In this document: piece by piece, positions 28,953 through 33,980 of the stretch | Numbering within the stretch: position 1 is the first letter of the stretch | Layout: each line of letters opens with the position of its first letter | DNA from: a virus | Lineage: Duplodnaviria > Heunggongvirae > Uroviricota > Caudoviricetes | Virus record (IMG/VR): IMGVR_UViG_2869970738_000009 | Direction: 5' to 3' (one strand) | DNA length: 33,980 bases | The notes under the pieces: model-generated | What the model saw: only the letters and a program-made list of their open reading frames with translations | What the model was told of the DNA's origin: nothing | Databases searched by the model: none | Made by a program: the position numbers and the translations under genes

Positions 28953-29296
28953 GCGACCTTATTAACCATGCGCGGTATTGTCGCCGTATCCCCGCATTAA
29001 CAGAGACCGCAGCCCGACCGGGAGACTCCTCTGCGCGAGTGTGCGGGGATAATCAAAAACGATACACACCGGGGTTTACCGCGTTAACGGAGCGCGGCGT
29101 TGTCCCCTCATGGTCGCTGGTCCGGTGCGATGGTGGAAGAAACCGGACGATGTGTTACCTCGCAAGCTCTGTTATGTCATGTGTCTGATTTGTGATTTAA
29201 GTCGGATAATTGTCGTTGCCATTAAGCAGAGGATTGATGACCGACAGGGTGGCATTGTTAGAATAAGACTTATTCTTATCTGTGCCGGGAATGAAA

Positions 29297-29623
29297 ATGA
29301 AAAGAAACCTTCCGTTAATTATTTTGTTGTCTTCTCTGGTTATGGGCTGTACGCAACATAAAACAGATATGCCCCGACAGTTGGTTAAGGCATTACCACA
29401 ATATCCGGCCTATGCAGCGGCAAATTATATAAAGGGACGGGTTGATGTGAGGTTTGATATTGGTGCTGATGGTACTGTCACCCGAATTGAGTTTATTCGT
29501 TCAGAGCCGCACCATCTGTTTGATGAGCAGGTTGTAAAGGCGATGGCAAAATGGCGATTTGAGAAGGACAGGCCGTGTAAAGGCGTGAAGAAAACGTTTA
29601 TCTTTAGTCCTTCCGCACCCTGA
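29297..29623 (+). CDS. lipoprotein with TonB C-terminal-like domain
   Basis: Signal peptide with lipobox LVMGC; mature part ALPQYPAYAAANYIKGRVDVRFDIGADGTVTRIEFIRSEP...FDEQVVKAMAKWRF resembles the TonB_C fold. Confidence 0.6.
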   Translation: MKRNLPLIILLSSLVMGCTQHKTDMPRQLVKALPQYPAYAAANYIKGRVDVRFDIGADGTVTRIEFIRSEPHHLFDEQVVKAMAKWRFEKDRPCKGVKKTFIFSPSAP

Positions 29624-29754
29624 TTATTTCATCAGAAATTAATTATCACTCTGTTGTTATTCTGTACATCCCGGCAGGGTAAGTCTTGTTCCGTCGGATA
29701 TGAAGATGAAATATTGTTGGAGGACAGTGGGTACCTGCTCCTGTAACCGAACGT

Positions 29755-29955
29755 TCATTTCTCGTTATTTGTCATGCTGGCCGGGCGCAGATGCGTTGCA
29801 TCTGTTGCCAGCCTTCTCCTGCAGGCTTCAATAACCCACGCTGAAAAGTTTCCTGAACCTTTCAGATCAAGAGCGATGTTAATTTGTTCAATCATCTGGT
29901 TTGGAAATCGGATGTTGCGGGTTGTTGTTCTGCGGGTTCTGTTCTTTGATGACAT
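29755..29955 (-). CDS. ribbon-helix-helix (Arc/CopG-like) DNA-binding protein
   Basis: RNIRFPNQMIEQINIALDLKGSGNFSAWVIEACRRRL has the beta-strand plus two-helix RHH pattern; start is 85 bp from the IS66 terminus. Confidence 0.5.
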   Translation of the reverse strand: MSSKNRTRRTTTRNIRFPNQMIEQINIALDLKGSGNFSAWVIEACRRRLATDATHLRPASMTNNEK

Positions 29956-30064
29956 AATGTTTCCCCATATTCAGTGTTGCTGATTTGTATTATCTGAAGT
30001 TGCTTTTACGTTAATTTGATGCAGATCAATCAATACGATAGTAAGGCAGTATGACTTTCCGTGA

Positions 30065-31545
30065 GACAGATGCTGGCCAACGTGGGATATTTAACGCGGG
30101 TTAACATCGTTGTCAGAGCCGCATGGGTGAGCTGTTGCTACACCCCGGTATTTCCACCACGGAGGCCAGCATGAACAACAATAACACATTGTACGTCGGG
30201 TTAGATGTTCACAAAGAATCGATTACTGTCGCTTATGCTATCAATTCAGAACCTGTTGAACTGATGGGTAAAATTGGCACATCACCTACTGATATTCAGA
30301 ATCTTTGTAAACGTCTCAGGTCAAAGTCATCGCAGGTCAGTATCGTTTATGAAGCGGGGCCCTGTGGTTATGGACTTTATCGTCGGCTGGTGAAATCCGG
30401 TTTTGACTGCATGGTCTGCGCCCCCTCACTTATCCCGAAAAAACCGGGGGAGCGGGTTAAAACCGATCGCCGTGATGCCATCAGACTTGTGCGTTCACTG
30501 CGTGCAGGAGATCTTTCTGCTGTCTACGTACCCGGTATTGAAGATGAGGCATTCCGGGATTTGGCCCGGGCATGGGCATCTGCCCGCGATGATTTACGGC
30601 ATGCAAGGCAACGTCTGAAATCGTTTCTTCTGGTTCATGGGGTCCATTATGTCGGGCGAGCAGATTGGGGCCCTGCACACCGACGCTGGCTCAGCAAATA
30701 CTCATTCGAAAGTCCCTGGCGACAATTAGCTTTTGACGAACACCGTCGTACAATAGAAGACCGGCAGGCACAATGTGAACGGCTGGAATCCGCCCTGAAG
30801 GAGGCCGTTACCGAATGGAGGCTGTATCCGGTAGTAGAGGCGCTGCAAGCCATGCGAGGGATTCAGTTTATTACTGCGGTTGGATTAATTTCTGAACTGG
30901 GTGATCTGACCCGTTTTGAACATCCACGACAACTGATGTCATGGTTTGGTATCACGCCATCAGAATATTCATCGGGTGGAAGCAGACATCAGGGCAGCAT
31001 TACCAAAGCCGGAAACAGCTATGCCAGAAAGCTATTGGTCGAGGCAGCGTGGAGTTACCGTCATCCGGCACGCATCAGTCCGGCAATACAAAAAAGGCAG
31101 GAAAATTTACCCCGCCCCGTCATTGACAGAGCATGGGATGCTCAACTCAGGCTTTGTAAGAGGTATCGAAAACTTCAGGCCAAAGGAAAGAATGTCAATA
31201 TTACAATTGTTGCTGTTGCACGTGAGCTGGCGGGTTTTATCTGGGATATGGGCCGAATAGCAATGTCTGTCGCACAACAACCACAATGTCACAAATAAAA
31301 AATGAGAATAACCAGTTCCCTGAAGGCGACGTAGCCCGGTACAAGAGTAACCCACGTTAGCGCTTGGCGACGGCGGAACAAAGCTGATTCGCGACGTAAG
31401 AAAGTGGCAGGCTCATATGACGGACCTCTGTAATGCGGTATCCAACCCGCGAATATCAGCGTGATTCACCGTCGGATTTACTGCTACGTCGCCCTCAGGG
31501 AATTAAACCTAAAAAGAAAATCGTCAAAATTAGAGATTCCGGTTT
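30065..31545 (+). mobile_element. IS110-family element nested in the IS66 terminus (boundaries approximate)
   Basis: About 1.5 kb lies between the IS66 IR and the tnpC stop, where tens of bp are expected; contains one DEDD-type transposase gene; flanked by inverted 14-mers TATGACTTTCCGTG (30050-30063) and CACGGAAAGTCATA (31547-31560). Confidence 0.4.
30171..31298 (+). CDS. IS110-family (DEDD) transposase
   Basis: N-terminus MNNNNTLYVGLDVHKESITVAY typical of IS110/IS1111-family transposases; GGAGG Shine-Dalgarno. Confidence 0.85.
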   Translation: MNNNNTLYVGLDVHKESITVAYAINSEPVELMGKIGTSPTDIQNLCKRLRSKSSQVSIVYEAGPCGYGLYRRLVKSGFDCMVCAPSLIPKKPGERVKTDRRDAIRLVRSLRAGDLSAVYVPGIEDEAFRDLARAWASARDDLRHARQRLKSFLLVHGVHYVGRADWGPAHRRWLSKYSFESPWRQLAFDEHRRTIEDRQAQCERLESALKEAVTEWRLYPVVEALQAMRGIQFITAVGLISELGDLTRFEHPRQLMSWFGITPSEYSSGGSRHQGSITKAGNSYARKLLVEAAWSYRHPARISPAIQKRQENLPRPVIDRAWDAQLRLCKRYRKLQAKGKNVNITIVAVARELAGFIWDMGRIAMSVAQQPQCHK

Positions 31546-31590
31546 GACACGGAAAGTCATATCAGCGTCAACGGAGCACCGTATTGACGC

Positions 31591-33183
31591 TTATTTATTG
31601 GTGAGTGCTACGTTCCATGGCAGGAGTTCGTCAACACGGTTGGAAGGCCATTCCGGCAGTACGCTCAGGATATAGCGCAGATACGCTTCCGGATCGATAC
31701 CGTTCAGTCGGCAGGTGCCGATCAGCCCGTACAGTAGCGCACCACGCTCTCCACCGTGATCGCTGCCGAAGAACATAAAGTTTTTCTTTCCGAGACAGAC
31801 TGCACGAAGCGCTCTTTCCGCGGCATTATTATCCGCCTCAGCCAGACCATCATCACTGAAGTTGCACAACGCAACCCAGTGCTTCCTGATATACCGGAAC
31901 GCATCTCTCAGACGGCATTTTTTCGATAACGTGTGTTCTTTCTCCTGCATCAGCTTATACAGGGAAGTCAGTAGCGGTTTACTCTGCATTTGCCTGACCG
32001 CCAGGCGTTCAGACACCGGCAACCCGCGTATTTCGTGCTCGATGGCGTACAGCTCACCGATTAGTTTCAGGGCTTCTTCCGCTGTCGCGCTTTTGGTACT
32101 GATATATACATCGTGGACTTTGCGCCGCGCATGAGCCCAGCATCCTGCTTCCGTCAACGCGCCGCCTTCTCGTTCGGCACTGAACAGCCGATCGTAACCA
32201 TTAAACGCATCTGCCTGCAGGATACCCCGGAAGGGACTAAGGTGCTGCTCCGGATGTTTACCCTGATGGTCCGGTGAGTAGGCGAACCAGACCGCCGGAG
32301 GCTCTGGCGAACCGGCATTCCTGTCATCCCGGACATACGTCCAGATATATCCTGTTTTCGCCTTCTTCCTGCCCGGTGCCAGCACTTTTACTGGTGTGTC
32401 ATCAGTGTGAACTTTGCGGCTGTTCATCACATAACGGTACAGAGCATCATTCAGCGGCGTCATTAACTGGCAGCACGCGTCAACCCAGTTGGAGAGTAAT
32501 GCACGGCTCAGTTCGACACCCTGACGGGCAAAAATTTCACTCTGACGATACAGTGGCAGGTGTTCGCAGTATTTTCCCGTTAACACGCGGGCAAGTAACC
32601 CCGGGCCCGCGATACCACGCTCTATCGGACGGGATGGTGCCGGTGCTTCAACGATGCAGTCACATTTTGTACAGGCTTTTTTTACCCGTTCTGTGCGGAT
32701 CACTTTCAGAGCGCTGCTCACCAGTTCCAGTTGTTCTGCGCTGACTTCCCCCAGATAATCCAGCTCACCGCCACACTCCGGGCAACAGCTTTCTTCTGGC
32801 TCCAGGCGATTTATTTCGCGGGGCAGATGCTCCGGTAACGGGCGACGATGACGAGACTGTCGCAACTGGCGGGGAACCTGCGGATCGTCTTCCCGCCCAC
32901 TGTAACGATCACTGTCCTGTTCGCGTTGTTTCAGCAGGGCCTCAGCCTGTTCAACTTCACGACGCAGTTTTTCAGAACGGGTACCGAACAGCATCCGGCG
33001 CAGTTTTTCTATCTGAGCCCGCAGATGTTCTATTTCCCGTTCATCTTCTTCGATCTTTTCTTCGGCGCGGGCCAGTGCAGAGCGCAGGAAGGCCTCCGTC
33101 TCTTCAACCAGACTCAGTTGCTGGTCTTTCTGACGGAGCTGGCATTCCAGTTCTGCAATGCGAATGAGGTATTTTTGATTCAT
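31591..33183 (-). CDS. tnpC: IS66-family transposase TnpC
   Basis: 530-aa protein with N-terminal coiled coil, CxxC zinc motif (CPECGGEL) and DDE core. Confidence 0.85.
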   Translation of the reverse strand: MNQKYLIRIAELECQLRQKDQQLSLVEETEAFLRSALARAEEKIEEDEREIEHLRAQIEKLRRMLFGTRSEKLRREVEQAEALLKQREQDSDRYSGREDDPQVPRQLRQSRHRRPLPEHLPREINRLEPEESCCPECGGELDYLGEVSAEQLELVSSALKVIRTERVKKACTKCDCIVEAPAPSRPIERGIAGPGLLARVLTGKYCEHLPLYRQSEIFARQGVELSRALLSNWVDACCQLMTPLNDALYRYVMNSRKVHTDDTPVKVLAPGRKKAKTGYIWTYVRDDRNAGSPEPPAVWFAYSPDHQGKHPEQHLSPFRGILQADAFNGYDRLFSAEREGGALTEAGCWAHARRKVHDVYISTKSATAEEALKLIGELYAIEHEIRGLPVSERLAVRQMQSKPLLTSLYKLMQEKEHTLSKKCRLRDAFRYIRKHWVALCNFSDDGLAEADNNAAERALRAVCLGKKNFMFFGSDHGGERGALLYGLIGTCRLNGIDPEAYLRYILSVLPEWPSNRVDELLPWNVALTNK

Positions 33184-33213
33184 GGCCGTTTTTATAATCC
33201 GGCCATGACATTT

Positions 33214-33564
33214 TTACAACATTGTCAGTGCGTTAAGGCGGGATGTTTTTGGCTGACGCCAGTCCAGCTTATCGAGGAGCATTGCCAGTTGCTAGCGGGT
33301 AATGGATACCTTGCCGTCACGCACAGCAGGCCAGATAAACTGGCCTTCCTCCAGGCGTCTGGTGAACAGGCACAGACCATCAGCATCAGCCCACAGGATT
33401 TTAATCATGTCACCCCGTCGGCCACGGAAGATGAACAGGTGACCGGAGAAGGGATTATCATTCAGCACATGCTGTACCTGTTCACCCAGCCCGTTGAAAG
33501 ACTTACGCATATCGGTTATCCCAGCAACGAGCCAGATGCGGGTGCCTGACGGGAGTGAGATCAT
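33214..33564 (-). pseudogene. tnpB: IS66-family TnpB (Orf2) with in-frame amber codon at 33292-33294
   Basis: ORF stops at ...GKVSITR*; the same frame continues QLAMLLDKLDWRQPKTSRLNALTML* to a second stop at 33214-33216. Confidence 0.55.
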
Positions 33565-33980
33565 CGTCCCCTCCCGGTCAGTTCACGGATCAACACTGTG
33601 AGCAGCTCTGGTGAAGGATTTTCCAGCGTCATGTTACCGTGACGGAACTCCACCTTGCAGGAGCTGGCACTAACTGTAGTCTGAGTAGATAAAGACGGAG
33701 TAAGAGCAGCCACCGGTTCTTTCGGCTCATCCGGCGTTATCTCCACAGGTAATAATTCAACGCCAGTGTCAGAAGAGGTTGTTACCGGAAGACGCCGCGA
33801 TATGCGCCCTTCGTTCTGCCAGAGCCTGAGCCATTTGAACAGCAGGTTATCATTGATATCGTGTTCCCGGGCAATACGGGCAACAGAGGCTCCTGGTTGT
33901 GAAGCCAGTTTAACCATTTGAAGTTTAAACTCATTTGAAAATGATCTGCGGGGTTCTGCAGATAATGCTTTCTGTTCCAT
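33561..33980 (-). CDS. tnpA: IS66-family TnpA (Orf1)
   Basis: 139-aa HTH protein; 4-bp overlap with tnpB; ATG is at 33978-33980. Confidence 0.75.
   Translation of the reverse strand: MEQKALSAEPRRSFSNEFKLQMVKLASQPGASVARIAREHDINDNLLFKWLRLWQNEGRISRRLPVTTSSDTGVELLPVEITPDEPKEPVAALTPSLSTQTTVSASSCKVEFRHGNMTLENPSPELLTVLIRELTGRGR

Larger units (their letters stand above)
30041..33980 (-). mobile_element. IS66-family element, partial (continues beyond window end), carrying a nested IS110-family insertion near its tnpC-side terminus
   Basis: Terminal GTAAGGCAGTATGACTTTCCGTGA at 30041; tnpA, tnpB and tnpC in the IS66 order on the minus strand; tnpA ATG is the last three bases of the window. Confidence 0.7.

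Overview
The window looks like the left two-thirds of a decayed lambdoid prophage in an Escherichia/Shigella-type chromosome, integrated in mlrA (yehV) and heavily colonised by insertion sequences. All calls are from reading the sequence and ORF track; no database search was run, and family names are from memory. Order left to right: an IS66-type terminus at the window edge (1-24); an mlrA fragment; a tyrosine integrase remnant cut by IS1; leftward early genes of mostly unknown function interrupted by two inverted IS911 copies, then IS2 and a second IS1; an HTH gene and a CI-like repressor flanked by a repeated 12-mer operator motif; a rightward early/replication operon (two Rha-type regulators, O-like, DnaC-like, a frameshifted DnaB-like helicase, a DUF968/HNH gene with an in-frame TGA, RusA, Q); a late region with a PR'/tR'-like promoter and terminator, an orphan DNA methyltransferase, three tRNAs, an AT-rich segment carrying one reverse-strand ORF, a NanS-type esterase and a phage-21-type lysis cassette (pinholin, SAR endolysin, Rz/Rz1); then a TonB-C-domain lipoprotein, an RHH gene, and a partial IS66-family element with an IS110-family element nested in its terminus. 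No terminase or structural genes are present. The strongest leads are the AT-rich cargo ORF sitting exactly where Stx-converting phages carry stxAB, and the phage-borne TonB-C lipoprotein. No CRISPR array, no reverse transcriptase and no stx genes were seen.
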